Assembly: GCA_051294375.1 (NCBI GenBank)
Contig: CM119265.1
Location: forward strand, 23,088,099-23,152,098
DNA: 64,000 bases
DNA from: Paraspadella gotoi
Taxonomy: Eukaryota; Animalia; Chaetognatha
Direction: 5' to 3'
The notes under the pieces: model-generated
Told to the model about the DNA's origin: nothing
The model's database searches: none
The model's input: only the letters and a program-made list of their open reading frames with translations
Made by a program: the position numbers and the translations under genes
Shown: in pieces, positions 13,564-26,633 of the stretch
How the letters are laid out: the number at the start of each line of letters is the position of its first letter
Numbering within the stretch: the stretch's first letter is position 1

Positions 13564-16030
13564 ATGGATTTAATCGGCGCCGGAGTCGATGGCATGGATC
13601 TGATCTCGTCGCTCGACCGTCGTCAACTCCGCGGCGTCGTGGAACAAATTTGGCGCGATTTGGACTGGAAGTCGCTGAAGACGGTGACCGAGATCGAGAG
13701 GTAAGTTGCGTGGAGTGATTTTATTTTTGACAAGGTTTTAACAAATTCTCAACAAATTTAACGAGACTTGATTCATTTCGATCTCACTTTGCGAATAGAT
13801 TTGTCCTTGATTATTTCGAAATTCGTTTTGTTAAATTGAAACGAATTAAATTCAAATCAAAGTAGTATCTGAGTTTTCGTTAACTACGAGACGACTGTTT
13901 TTTTTTTAGTTTTTCTTGATATCGTCATTAAACAATTGCAGTATCTTTTTTTTAAAAAAAATATTCTTCTGGTCGAATTATATCCGAACTTCATGACATT
14001 TCAAATTTTTTTGCTTTCCGTCCGTTGCTGAGCCTATTTTCCGTAAAACTCTATAAAGTTTTAATTGTATCGGAAGCCTCTTTTACGGAATTTCCCACAG
14101 CTTGAATGATTGTAATCGTGTAATTTTGTTTACGAATCGCTACTCAAAATTACAATCTTAGAATTTTTCCTACCTTAGTATTTGCCCGATCATTTTGGCG
14201 GTCAATTTCTTTTTATCCCTCGGTACTTCTGATGGAGACAATATCATGGACAATCTCAAAGACTCTAAACTTACCAATGCATATTATTATTAAACATTGT
14301 CTATTTGATTCACGTCTATTTATATTATTGTTTTCCCTTTCAGCCCTGTGAGCATCGTGTATTTATTATCATTATCATTATCTTTCCGCTCCAGGTGGAA
14401 CAACCTCACGTCCGATGACTCCTTCTGGCAAGATCTCTTTCTCAAAAATTCACGAGTAAACGTCACTTGGCTCGGTCTCTCTCTCACCATGTTTATCGAA
14501 CTCAACCAAATGAACAAGGGTCGTGATGAAAACCAGAACGAGGAACCAAGCGCCGTTCCCGGGCGCGCGCCCGCAACATCCCCTGGCGCCCCGCCCCTTG
14601 CCGCTTCATCCCCTGGCGCCGCGCCGGACGGAGCCGCTCTCGCTCCTGTTCCTCTGGCTCCAACTCCCTTTCCCTCCGCCACCGACGATCCCCTCTTTCA
14701 CCTCAAGCTCCAACTCCTCGAATACGAATCCGCCCTTTCTCGCTCCAACTCTCCTCGCTCCATTTCCCCGCTCTCTTCCTACTCTCCCTGCGACACTTCC
14801 TCCGTCTCACTCCCTACCACCCCCGTCTCCCTCAATTCCTCCCCCGCTCCCTCCTCGCCCACCTTTCGCCAACTCTTCATCGACACGGCTCAACGCGTCG
14901 AAACCTTCGAGCAGCTGTGGTCCGGCTTCACCCTGCCGCGACCGCTGCCGCAGCCTGTGCCCACCTGCTGCGTTCAATCCATCGTCCACGCCCCCAAGGC
15001 CGGCGTCATCGGCGCCGGATTCCACGACGGCGTCGTCCGGCTATGGAACTCGTCGACGCTGGTGGAGCTTCCGCCGCTGAGAATCGGCTACAGGCCCGTC
15101 TTCACGATGGCCTCGTGGCGCGAATACGTCGTCACCGGCGACGGCGCCGGCACCATCTCTCTCTGGAGGTTGAAGCCCGGCGGCGTCGGGGCAACCGGCG
15201 GCGGCGTCCGCGACGGCTTCTGCGTCGGCACCCTCGGACCGGAAGACAATCCTCCGCGTAGGCCGGTGGCTTCGGTCAAGCTACCCGTCGGCCCCGTCTG
15301 TTTCCTCAAAGTCCGCGGCGATCTCCTCGTCGCTTCCAACTACTTGGGACAAATGGGCGTTTGGCGCCTGCGGGAGACGGCGGCGCCGGCAGGGTCGTGG
15401 TCGGATCCAGAGTCGGCGCCGTCGATCGAGAGGATCTTCTACGAATCTCTCGGTCATTGGGAACTCGATCTCGACGTCAGCGAATCCACCATTGTCGTCG
15501 CCTCCGCCGATACCATTCGGATCTGGTCTCTCGTGGACAAACAATTCCGTCAGGTGTGCCCCCGCGACGGCGAGGTGAAGGTCCAGAACGAGCCGGCGGA
15601 GGCGGACCGAGCTGTGGTACTGGTGGAAGACGTCGTCGTCCTCGGCAACGAAAATGGCGACTTCAAGATTCTCGACGTCGCCTCCGGCCGACGGATCGCG
15701 GAGACGAGTCGACTCCGAAAGGCTTTGAGCCTGGATACGGAATCTGTCGTCAAGCTCGAGCTCGTGGGCCGCCAGCTGTTGGTGGCGTTTTACGATGACG
15801 GCTCCGTCGTGGCCTTCGACGCCGTGGGGGCGTTGGTGGCGCGACGAGACGGTGGAAACGGCGTCACGGATCTGACCGAACACTTCGCCGGCGCCATGAA
15901 GTCGATTCGTATCTGCAACGCGGAGAAAATCGATTTTAGCGAAGAGAAAATCGTCTTTGCCTCCAAGGGAGCGACGCCGCAACTTTTCGTCGTGGAGGGC
16001 GAAGCGGAAGATTGTGAAGTTCGCCGCTGA
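13564..16030 (+). CDS. F-box/WD40-repeat protein, 590 aa; exons 13564-13700 and 14395-16030
   Basis: The spliced F-box DLISSLDRRQLRGVVEQIWRDLDWKSLKTVTEIE|RWNNLTSDDSFW resembles the beta-TrCP-type F-box. The AG|GTAAGT donor and CCAG acceptor are phase-compatible (phase 2). WD-like repeats GFHDGVVRLWN, TGDGAGTISLWR, ASADTIRIWS and GNENGDFKILD follow. Confidence 0.85.
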
Positions 16031-16115
16031 TCTTCGTCGTGGATGGGCGAAGGAGTGAAGTTCGCCGTTCGTCATGGAGAGGGCGAAAGAGGAAGGTTCG
16101 CCGTTGCTCTTCGCC
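15986..16115 (+). repeat. Three imperfect ~40-bp tandem units spanning the F-box gene stop codon
   Basis: The unit TTCGTC(G/A)TGGA(N)GGGCGAA...GTTCGCCG is repeated three times, each with GGCGAA/TTCGCC complementarity. Confidence 0.7.
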
Positions 16116-17659
16116 GTAGCGGGGGAACAAAGCGTGCGGGGGAAAAAATATTAGTTATTGTTATAAACTTTTTTATTATTTTTAAAAATTTCATAATTAT
16201 TTTACACATGCGAGTTGTGTAGATTTGTTACTGTTATTTGATTCCTCAGTCATTGTTTTTAAATCGGAAACCTAAGCCTATGCTATGGTTTTTACGAGTT
16301 TTTACCGGGATGAAAGATGGCGAGTATAAATTAAAAAGTATTACGTAGATTAAAATATTATTGACATTTTTTTTTGCCGCCGTAAAATTATTTCCACGCA
16401 GTTTTAAAATCTCTTTCCGAATTCATCCATAGACGTTCTTTACAGCAATTTGTAATCATCTCATCCCTCCATTCTTTATCTTTATTAGAGAACTGTTAAT
16501 TTTAGTTTAGGCATTAGCAGTCTAGTTTCAATATCTGTTGTTAAGTTTGTTTTGATCCAATAATTTTATATTAAAAAAAATTTCATATATGGCTCTATAC
16601 CTTAGTAATTAATTTTTTAAATATTTCTTTATAGATAGAAGAAGATAAAAGTTTTTTTGAAAATTTTAAATTTTAAGACCAGATTCAGATAGCTTATAAA
16701 AGTTGTCAGTACAAAGTATAATTCTTTTTTCAATATTTTTTTGATGAGTAGGTTAAAAATTAAAAACATTTTTAAAAATTATCATTATCTTTCGATGATT
16801 CTATCAGTTTTTTATATTTTTATTGAGAAAATATAAAAAATTTTAAAAGCTGTAATTATATTTCTTGTTTAACTTTTTATGCTCTATTAGAATCCATCAA
16901 AAAATTTAAGATTTTTGAATTGAATTGAATCATCTCCGTAAAATAAAGAAAAGCCGAAGCCTGGTTTCGAGGCCATGGCCTCGATTCGGGATCTTTCCAT
17001 CTTCCCCCCCCCCCACGACCTTTCCCGCGCCCCCAAGAGTCGAGGCGAAAAAACGAGGAAGTAATATCTTGAAAGCGATCCATGATGAGATCATCGAAGG
17101 ATGGCTCGGACTCGTGGGTGGAGGTGTAGCTCATAAAAAGGTCTTCAGAGACGTGTGGGTGGAAGGGTCAAAATGATCGTTAGTTTGTTTGGAATGTGTC
17201 GAGCGAGACTATGATATATCATTGAATATTGTAAGTCACTTGTCGGTCGGTCGGTCGACCCTTTTTAATTCATTTTTCGTATATAATATATATTCAAATA
17301 CGCATGTCTCATAAGTTATTTTTCTAAACCATGAGACGCTTTTTGCGCAAGTTTCATTCTTGAGAAGTTAATTATTTTTTTAAAAAAATTTTTATTAAAA
17401 AAATGACTGCGGCCTAACAATTTGGAATTTCCCTTTCGAATTTGTTTCACGATCAACGTATTTAATATAGGAACATTATATGTAGCCTTATTATGATGTA
17501 GCCTTTAGGTTTCGACATCTTGTTCAATAGACCAAACTCGACCCTCACATTTTCTTATTGACGGATTTCGCATTAAGCCTTTCTCAACTTCTCGAAACGT
17601 CGATAAAATCTACAGAATATTTGATGGTCGAGAGAAGAAACGTCGGTCAGAAAAAAAAA

Positions 17660-17691
<32 letters not shown>

Positions 17692-17787
17692 TGGACGATG
17701 GTTCTGAAGGAGTTGAAAGCTGGAAATGTGATAAAGCTTCTCTCTTTTTCTCGTCAAAGAATCAGAAATAGATAATGGTTTTTTTTT

Positions 17788-20135
17788 GGCTCTCGAGTAG
17801 AGCTCCCAGAAATACCATGCATTTTTGAAAGTTCCTGATACCTGCAAAGTTTTTTGTGCAAATTTAGTGGAGAAAACGAATATCAACAATAAAAAATTTC
17901 CTGAATGCTCTCTGATGGATTTTCCACGCCAGTTTTTGCGTCGTACCACTTCCGGGTTTTAAAAAATAAGATTTTTGGAAAAAATGAGCTGTTGATTCAG
18001 GCCAGCAACTTTAAAATTAATCAAAATAAGTTATTAATAACCTTATTACTAAATTTTTTGTTGTGGTTTTTAAATAAGGGTTAAAAAATTATTTTATAAG
18101 AAAGACTTCAAAAATTAAGAAATTATTAGTTTTTTAAGCCAAATCGTCCCTGACCAAATTACTTTACAAATTCTAATAAGATTGTATTAAGAAAGTATGA
18201 TTTGTTATATAAATAAAAACTCTAAGGGATTTTTAATATTTAATCCTTAAGCCAAGATATTGCCTTTTAAAGGTTTGCCAAATGATACAAAAAGAAGCAG
18301 CGAATTAGAATAAAAGGCGCCTTTGGCCTTTTGTGGCAAGCAAGCCTCCCACTCACCTTAACCCTAAACCTCTCTCCCAACCAAAACCCTTAGTCTAGGC
18401 CTTTTATTCATTTGGCAAGCCTCAAATCTTAATTTCCCTATACAAGCCTTTCTAAGCTCGCTTATAAAACAGATAAAGTATTGTGATATTGCATTATTTG
18501 GACAGGCTAGAAAAGGCAGGAAGCCTTGCGGTTAGGTTAGGGAAAGTACTCGGAAGAAATTAAGAATAAAACTTAAGCCTTATGATGGCCGCGGAACAGG
18601 GATATTGCCTGAGTTCAGGCTCAGAAGGTGAACCTCAGGCTGATGTGAGGTTGGTGGAGGGCTCTGGAGTGATGCAGGGGCTAGGGTTCTGGCATGATAT
18701 AAAACAGGAGCCCGAGGTTAGGGCTAAGGAAGTGGCTCTCTGCAGATTTCACCAGCCTGGGAAACTGGTGAAGGGTTTGGATTCAGGGAACCAGTTTTAG
18801 GTTAAGAGTTGAGCAGGAAGTTACACGAGGCTTGGGTTAAGGTTAGGGGAAAGGCTGCTCGGTAAGACAAAAAACCCACGTTAGGGGTTAGGGCTTACGT
18901 TAGATATCCCAAGCCAAGGAAACTGATTAAGATTAAGGTTTGTTTAGGGCCCGGTTAGGGTAAGTCGTTGAGTGAGAGGCTTGCTAGCTGTAAAGGCTAA
19001 GTTGCCTACCATCTAATTTCGCCTACCTTTTTTGCACCACTTGGTTATCTTTTTAAAAGCAATATTCTTGGTTTAAAGATTAAAGATTTAAAATCCCTTA
19101 GAGCAGTTCTATTGTTTAACCAGATGTAAAATTTATTAAAATTAGTAAAGTTAGTTTTGGTTCAGGGCCAATTTGGCTTTAAAAAGAATTATGAAGTTTT
19201 AACTTGACGGCCTTTTTGTAAATAATATTTTTTATAACCTTATTTATAACTAAAATAAAAAATGTAATTACTATCTAGGAAAAAAGTTTAGGAAACCATT
19301 TTTTTTAAAGTTCATTTATTCAATAAAAATTACAAAACATGGGAAAACATTCTCAATATTTGGTATTGCCCTCCCTCGGCATCGACCACTGCCTGCATTC
19401 GTCCTGGGCCATGCTCTCGTAAAGCGAATTGAGGTACGAAGGTGAAATATTTTCCACACCTTAGCCGCAATTCTTTTCAGCCCGATGTTGATGTGCGCGT
19501 TCTCGACTTTGCATCTTTTTCATTTGCGACAAAAGCGATTCAATTTGGATTGAGATCGGGGAGTTCCCCGGCCAACCAGAGAAGTAAGTTGAATATGATG
19601 ATTGGCATGCCACTGGTTCGTCGTTAGCGTCTATGCGCAGGAGCTCCGTCTTCCATAAAAGCGATAGGATCCACGATTTCGCGCTTCACTTGAAAGGTAA
19701 CAATCTTATTTTGCCTCTAACTTCTATTACGGTTGGATCTACGAAAAAATGGAGGAAGCAACTGAAAGGAAATTTAGTGTAGAATCTGAAAACTTCCTGA
19801 TTTTTTTAAAATCGAGCAAGGTTTCGCGTAGATATCCTTATTTAAAATGTTTCTAACTTTTTTCTAGATAGTATTAAGGTATTGGTAACTTTATTTTTGA
19901 TTTAATTAAGTATGCTGGCCTGAAATAACAGCTTATTTATTTCTAATAATCCTGGAATTTTTAAAACCGAAGTGGTTTCAACGCAAAAACTGGCGTGGAA
20001 AATCCATAATGAGGCATCAGCGAAAATTTTTTATTGTATATTCGTTTCTCCACTAAAATTTGGCACAAAGAAACTTGCAGGTATCACAACTTTCATAAAC
20101 TGTTATGATATTTCTGGACCTCTAACTCTCGAGCC
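17788..20135. mobile_element. Non-autonomous fold-back DNA transposon with ~600-bp imperfect terminal inverted repeats and a GGTTAGGG-rich centre
   Basis: The left arm (~17788-18420) is the reverse complement of the right arm (~18930-19270 plus 19872-20135), e.g. GGATTTTCCACGCCAGTTTTTGCG vs CGCAAAAACTGGCGTGGAAAATCC and CTCTAAGGGATTTT vs AAAATCCCTTAGAG. No ORF; TSD unclear. Confidence 0.8.
19271..19871 (-). mobile_element. Internally deleted Tc1/mariner element (601 bp) with TA target duplication, nested in the fold-back right arm
   Basis: TIRs TA|CTATCTAGGAAAAAAGTTAG ... CTAACTTTTTTCTAGATAG|TA. The minus strand carries Tc1 transposase remnants FMEDGAPAH, WPGNSPDLNP(I)E and a C-terminal ...RMQAVVDAEGGNTKY*. 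Confidence 0.9.
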
Positions 20136-21497
20136 GTTCGTATCATTCGTTTATCATTCGTTTATCATTCGTCTATCATTCGATCATTCACCGATCATAT
20201 GTTCTGAATTTCATTAAACATTTATGGGATGCCATTCACAACTTTCCTCAAAAATAGCTTTACAGCAGCATTACGTTTATGGGATATATTTTGTTTGGTT
20301 GTCATATTACATTTATATATACGACTTTCGACCCTTAAGTTCAACTCAACCTTTCTTCGATTTGCTAGATACTAGATACACATAAATTTTAAATGTAATA
20401 TATGAGATATCCGTAAAAACTGAGAAGAGAATTAGACTGACATAAAGTCGGTAAATATAGTATATACTTTAGGACCTTACCCCATCTTTCCTCCTCCTCC
20501 TCCTCCTCCTCCTCCTCCTCCTTTTTCTCACTCTTTTCCTCAGAATCGATTTTTTGTTTTTATCGGAAAAAGTTATTCTTCGCGGAGAATTGGGTCTCTT
20601 TCCTTCGGAGGAAAGGGAGGAAGAAGAAGAGAAACTTTTTTTTTGTCTTCTCGATCGAATTTTAGCTCTGATTAATCGATCAAACTCGTCTAACGTTTCA
20701 TTATTGATGACCTTACCTGAACCATACCTTTTGAAGTCCTGTCTTTTTAAGTAATGGTATATTTTATGTAATATTTTATTCGTATGTATTATTTCCTTGC
20801 CTTATTGCCGCTAACTTCATGAACGAGCTTTTAGTCCCGAGGAAAAGATCTGTCACTTTAAAGAGAGGAGAGGTGATGATGACAAACTGGGAAAAAAAGA
20901 ATCAAATCTAAATTTGATGACGAAAAATAGAAATGACATCGGAAACTTTTTTTTTTTTTCCGAGAGAGAGAAACACGTCCACCGAAAATCAGATACTCAC
21001 AATTTTCGACATATATTTTCAATCAAAACCCTCGTATCATTTTTTAAATTCTAATTAAATAATGATTTTTTTCTTTTCGAAATAAACATTTGCACAATTC
21101 CGTTTTATTCATCCGATTTTTTTTCGGAGACACGAAATTTTCGTTTGCACATCGTGTCGGGTAATTTTTTCCGTTTGTCTGTTTGTTTAAGGACGAGGCG
21201 ACTTAACGTTTTCGGTAGATATATAAACAAAAGTGTTCCTTTAAGAGAACCCCTTGCAGGAAATTTAGTTAACTAGAAAGTCAAGATGTTGTCTTTTGTC
21301 CGGAAACACAAGTTGATAATTTTTTCGTCATTAAAGGTGAGAGGTGATGGGGTAATGATGGTGAAGGAATGGTTAGACTCATGCGTTGTCAAGGGGAACA
21401 GAAAATGGTGGTCAACGATAATTAAAACCTAATATTTAGTCAAAGCAAAACAGTTATGTTGCAAAAGTGTATTTAATTAAAATTATACATTAACGAT

Positions 21498-21597
21498 NNN
21501 NNNNNNNNNNNNNNNNNNNNNNNNNNNNNNNNNNNNNNNNNNNNNNNNNNNNNNNNNNNNNNNNNNNNNNNNNNNNNNNNNNNNNNNNNNNNNNNNN
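21498..21597. other. Assembly gap (100 N) with a 39-bp overlap duplicated on both sides
   Basis: TTGCAAAAGTGTATTTAATTAAAATTATACATTAACGAT flanks both sides. The second copy at ~37028-37075 reads through with no extra sequence. Confidence 0.95.
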
Positions 21598-21742
21598 TTG
21601 CAAAAGTGTATTTAATTAAAATTATACATTAACGATTGAGAATATAATTATAATTGGCTCATCATTTACTAAAGCTGCGCGCAGTTCCGACTGAAGAGAG
21701 ATAATTATAAAACCCTTCATATAAGCACTATTAAGGCACTAT

Positions 21743-21918
21743 TAAGCAGTCCTGATCCTCGGATCAGGCTCTAACCCCATGTTAAAGGGGGTTTAGCCGT
21801 CCCATCCCTTGTTAACTGCGAGGCGGCCTCCCGGCCTCCGGGCTAGAGCCACTTGACCTTGGGAGCCGTATGACTTGCCTCCTGTACCAATGAACGCTCT
21901 GAACGGTTGGTGGATTTA
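21743..21918 (-). mobile_element. tRNA-derived SINE-like dispersed repeat, family A
   Basis: Reverse-complement similarity to 27441-27626 (shared AAATCCACCAACCGTTCA, GGAGGCAAGTCAT, CTAGCCCGG, GCCTGATCCGA). Confidence 0.6.
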
Positions 21919-22151
21919 AAGAAAAAACTTCAAAATAGAAAAACAGAATGTTACATATAAAATAAAAACTCATTTTTTTTGGTGATTATTAATGACTATA
22001 ATATAATTTCTCGATGATTAGCTCTAATACATCAAAGATTACGCATTGTTATGTTGAATGACCTTTCTTCTTAAGCCACCAGAATCAATAAAACTTATAA
22101 CTTGCTCTTGCAGGGGCAATTGTTTGCCTTAGCCAAATATGAAAGATAATA

Positions 22152-22690
22152 TTTTTAGTCGGATCTGCTTTCAGAAGATCCCGACTCTATAATTCACTTT
22201 GTCGGTCAGTCGGTCCACCCCTCAATCTTGTCGGGCATTTACTTATATCATGTCAGAACATCGAATTATGATAAATTATGCAAAAAAAACGATGTCCGTC
22301 CGTCTGTCTGTAGGTCCGTTTGTCCGTCCGTCCGTCCGTCCGTCCGTCCGTCCGTCCGTCCGTCCGTCCGTCCGTCCCACCTTAGCAAAAAACACCAATT
22401 ACTCGTGATTGGATAAATGGATTGGAATGAAATTTTGTGCGTGGGTAGGGAAGTGTGTGATTGAGCTGGATATGAAGTTTCGATGGAATTGTCCGAGTGG
22501 AAATGAGTTTAAATGGAAAAAACAAAAAAATATATTTCACTATTTGAACACCAATTACTCATGAGTGGATGGGGCGATTGACTTGAAATTTTTTATTTGG
22601 GTAGAAAAGTGTGTGATTAAACTGGAAATCGATGGAATCGTTTGAGTGGAAATGAGTTTAAATTAAACAAAGAACCTGTTTCACTAATTG
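22152..22690 (+). mobile_element. DINE-1/HINE-like (Helentron-associated) non-autonomous element
   Basis: T-run followed by a stem-loop AGTCGGATCT...AGATCCCGACT, a (GTCC)n microsatellite at 22294-22378 and two ~155-bp tandem units. Related units occur at ~54745-55000 and a related head at ~17195-17260. Confidence 0.6.
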
Positions 22691-22908
22691 ATTATGCTTC
22701 TTTTTCTTTTTATTTTAAATGTAAATGCAAGATGTATTAATTAATCAAATAATTAATTAGTTAATTAATCAATTAGTCAATTAATTAATCAATAATTAAT
22801 TAATCAGTTAATTAATCAATCAAAACAAACTAATTTTTAAAATCAATGAAATAACCACTGGTTTGCAAATGATAGCGTTTTTTTACCGGCGCTTGTAAAA
22901 TTGTCACC

Positions 22909-25790
22909 ATGTACACAGCAACTGGTGGGTTTCGCCTTGACTCTGTCCGATCAAATCACCGATGTGTTGACGGTGATTTCGCGGCGCCGTTCTCCCTCCG
23001 CTTTGCTGCGGTCGGTCGCGGATCTGCAGCTGGCTTTCCTCGTCTTGCATCATCTCGTCTCGGCGTCGTTGGGCCTGCGTCTCCTGGAGCGCGCCCATCG
23101 GACCGGCGCCATATATCCGCGACTTTGGGGTGGCGTGTCTCGGGCCGGCTTAATTTTAAGGCGGCTCTTCGTCGGCGTCGCCCACGTCGCCGGATTTGGC
23201 GGCGTCGTTTTGAGACTCGACGTCTTTCTGGATTCTGTCGAGAATCGAGAAGCCGAACAAGAGTCAACGGCGACGACGCCGAAGCGAGTCAAGGCTTCCG
23301 TCTTCGAACGCAAGATGGCGTTGGTGGCGTCAGCGGAGATCGTCCACGTGCTCCTCGAGTGTATCCCTCAAGCGCTCGTCCAAGCCGCCGTCATATTCTA
23401 CGGCGACGCGCGACTCTGTCTCTACGACGAAGAGTCCGTCTGGGAATGGATGGAATACTACGATCAAGATGAGGTTTAAAGATTCTAAAAAGGCTTCAAT
23501 GTGTAAAATGAAATGCTTAAAATTTTGAAGGTTTAAAATTTAAATGTACACATAAGTCTTATGGTTTAAAATTGTCAAGTTTTAATGATTTCTGTAGAAA
23601 AAGTGGTCTTTTTTTGTGTCAACATAAGCTGTTCCGGCCGGTAAAACTTATAATCTATTATTTTGACTTCTTGAAAAATGGTTGAGGATTTTTCTCGAAA
23701 GGAAACAAAAAAGTTGGTCATAATATCCGTCTCGCTTCTCTTAATATAAAAAAAACCTCCCCCCCCCAATCAGACTCGCGACGCCTCCATCCCCTCGTCA
23801 ACGCCACCGCGTCTCGTCACACATCACGCCCTCTATCCCAATGCCTCTTGCGACGTCTGCTCCTGCGTCATCGACTACGCCACGCCCACTCGACCGGAAA
23901 TGCGTTGCGGGTGGAGAATCCGCGATGTGTTGACGTATTTGTCGGCGATGACGTCTTGCGTCTCGATCGTCGTCGCCGTCGTGACGCGTGGCGTCCACGT
24001 CCGCGGCGACGCCGGGGAATCCACTCGGCGTCGTATCTGCAGGACGGCGTCGGCAGTGACCGCGGCGTCGTCCACGGCGTCCACTTTCTGCGTCGGCGTC
24101 TATTTCCTCTTCGTCGACGGTTTTTCTTTTTCGCCGCTGCTCTTTGCGACGGCGCCGCTGCTGCTGCTGAGCTTCTGTCCGCCGCCAATCCTCAGGGCGT
24201 GGCGGCGCCAATTATGGCCTCCGGCAGACGGCGTCGTCGATTCCGGCGCCGTTGGAGCGTCCTTCGTCGATCTTTCGATCCTCGCCAATCTCGCCGTCTC
24301 TTTCTGGTTCTTCCCTTTTCTCGACGCTGCCTCCGTCTATTTAATGACGCTCGATGCCGAGAGGCTCCGGTTTCTCGGCGGCGCCGGCACTGGCTCGACC
24401 GATTCCGGCGTCGGCGGCGTCGTTTCGCTCATCGGCGCCGTCCACCCGACGATTGAGTTGAGCTTCGTTTGTCCGCGTCTCTGGGAGTTCGTCGTCTTCT
24501 TCGATTACGATTCGATGCCGGAATTGGTCGACCCTGGGTTCTACGACTGCGCCGCGACGGCCGGTTGGGGCGACGTCGCTTTCCTACGGCGCGCTCTAGA
24601 AGTCAACTACCCCAATTTTCCGCGACGGTCTTCGGGGCTCGAGTTCGAGACGGACAGGGTCGCCAGTCTCGGGCGGCTTTTCGGCGAATTGAAGGAAAGG
24701 CTTTTTTTTGGCTTTGGCTTTTGGCTTTCGTTGGGGATTAATATATATTAAATTAATAAATCAAATTTTATATTGGTTGTACTAATTTCATAATGAACAT
24801 TTACAAGTCTAAATGAAAGGCCATCTACATTTTGTAAATCAATGTTTCGAATATAATTATATCTACTCCTATATTTTAGAAGCAGCATTGTCATAGTTAT
24901 CCCTTTCAAACCCTCAACAAATGAATACATAAAAAATATTAAGAATTAAATTGTTATAATTTCTAAATTCTAAATATGAATAAATCTCAAATAATTATTT
25001 CATTCAGTGGATAACAAAAAATAAATTAAAACGTATTCCAAGATGCAAATGAGATTTATGACACGAGGCTACTTTTAACTTTAATTTTTTCACAGGATCT
25101 GAAGATCTTCGCGGGAAACCAGATGCTCTTCGCGCCAGGCGACCTTTGGAGGTCGGGCCTGATTTCTACGTCTTTAGCATCGACGATCCTTTTTCACTTC
25201 GTCTTCATCGTCACGACGGCGTCAAGTTTTCGAGACTCCCTCAAAGGCGGCGTCGTTTACTCGGCGATTGCGACGCCGATCATCGCTTTAGCCGCCTATC
25301 GGTTGTTCGCGAGCGGCAGCGACGGCAGCAGAGGTGGAAGCGGCATCGACGGCAGCGGCAGCAGCGACGAATCCGCTCTCCTCCTCATCTTCGCTCCTCT
25401 CTTCCCCCTCTCTCATCTCTTCCTCTCTCTCGCTTCCTCCTTCGACCCCAAACTCCGTCCCCGTCTCGCCTTCTCCCTCTCTCTCTCCCTCCTCCTATTC
25501 TCCCTTCTCCTCCCTCCTACCGTCCTTCTACTTCGCGCTTTCCTCGCCGCCCGCTTCGACTCGGCCGCCGCCGAGTTGACCCGCTTTTGTCGGGCGAGCC
25601 TCGACTTGCCCGACCGGAAGTTGATCTTCTACGCAGTGGATTTCGATCTCGAGGCGAAGTTGAACCGAACGGTGGAGTTTTATTATGGAGTGGAGTTGGA
25701 GACCTTCGTGGATGAGAGGCTGCTGGAGGAGAAGGTGATGCTTAAAAATGGTGGAGATGGTTTGGTTTTCGCGTAACAAGGCATAGCCCT

Positions 25791-25861
<71 letters not shown>

Positions 25862-26561
25862 AGAAGAAAAAGAATAAGGCATATTAATACTTTTTTTTTT
25901 TAAATGTGCTCATCCTTGATCCAAAACAACCCTCGTAATGTCCTCCCCCTCCACAAGGCCAAATTCAACGCCCATCACTTCCGCCTTCAAATCCCTCTTC
26001 TTCCGCCTTCACTCCACCGCCACCGCCTTCTACATCTCCATCATTTACTCCATCATCCCGTCCACGTCTCTCTTCGTCGCCGTCGGCTTCCAACTTCGCC
26101 GCGTCTCCAAATTCCTCGTCCCCGGCGACGCCCACGAGACGTTGGGTCTCTTTCTTGTCCTCGGCGCCTTCGCCGGCGTTCCGGCGTCGATCAAAGTCTT
26201 CGATTCCACGCCGGTCGCGTTTCCGGCGTCGGTTGAGGGCGTGGAAGTCTTTCTCAGCGTCAACGGAACGGGGCCGATAACGACGCCGTGGCTGATGTCG
26301 TCGCCGCACAATTTGACTCTGTTGGTCGAGGAAATGGAATCGCGATTGGCCGGCGCCGTCGCTGAGCTATCCACTTGCGATTGCATATGGCAGAATTGTC
26401 CCTTGTACGACGGGACGGCCGAAGATCCGCGTCGCGTGGCGGAGAAGATTCGTCCGCTGATCGACGCGCTCGCCGCCGCGCGTTACGTCCGTCAAAGGAA
26501 GTGGATCGTGGGAGTGACGCTTTTTCCTGTTTATGTGGTTGTTTTAGCTTTTTGCTTCATT

Positions 26562-26633
<72 letters not shown>

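Noticed and set aside
18480-18965. TTAGG/TTAGGG motifs as an interstitial telomere (also ~52000-52130)
   Set aside because: The motifs are dispersed and degenerate inside repeat elements, not a tandem telomeric array.
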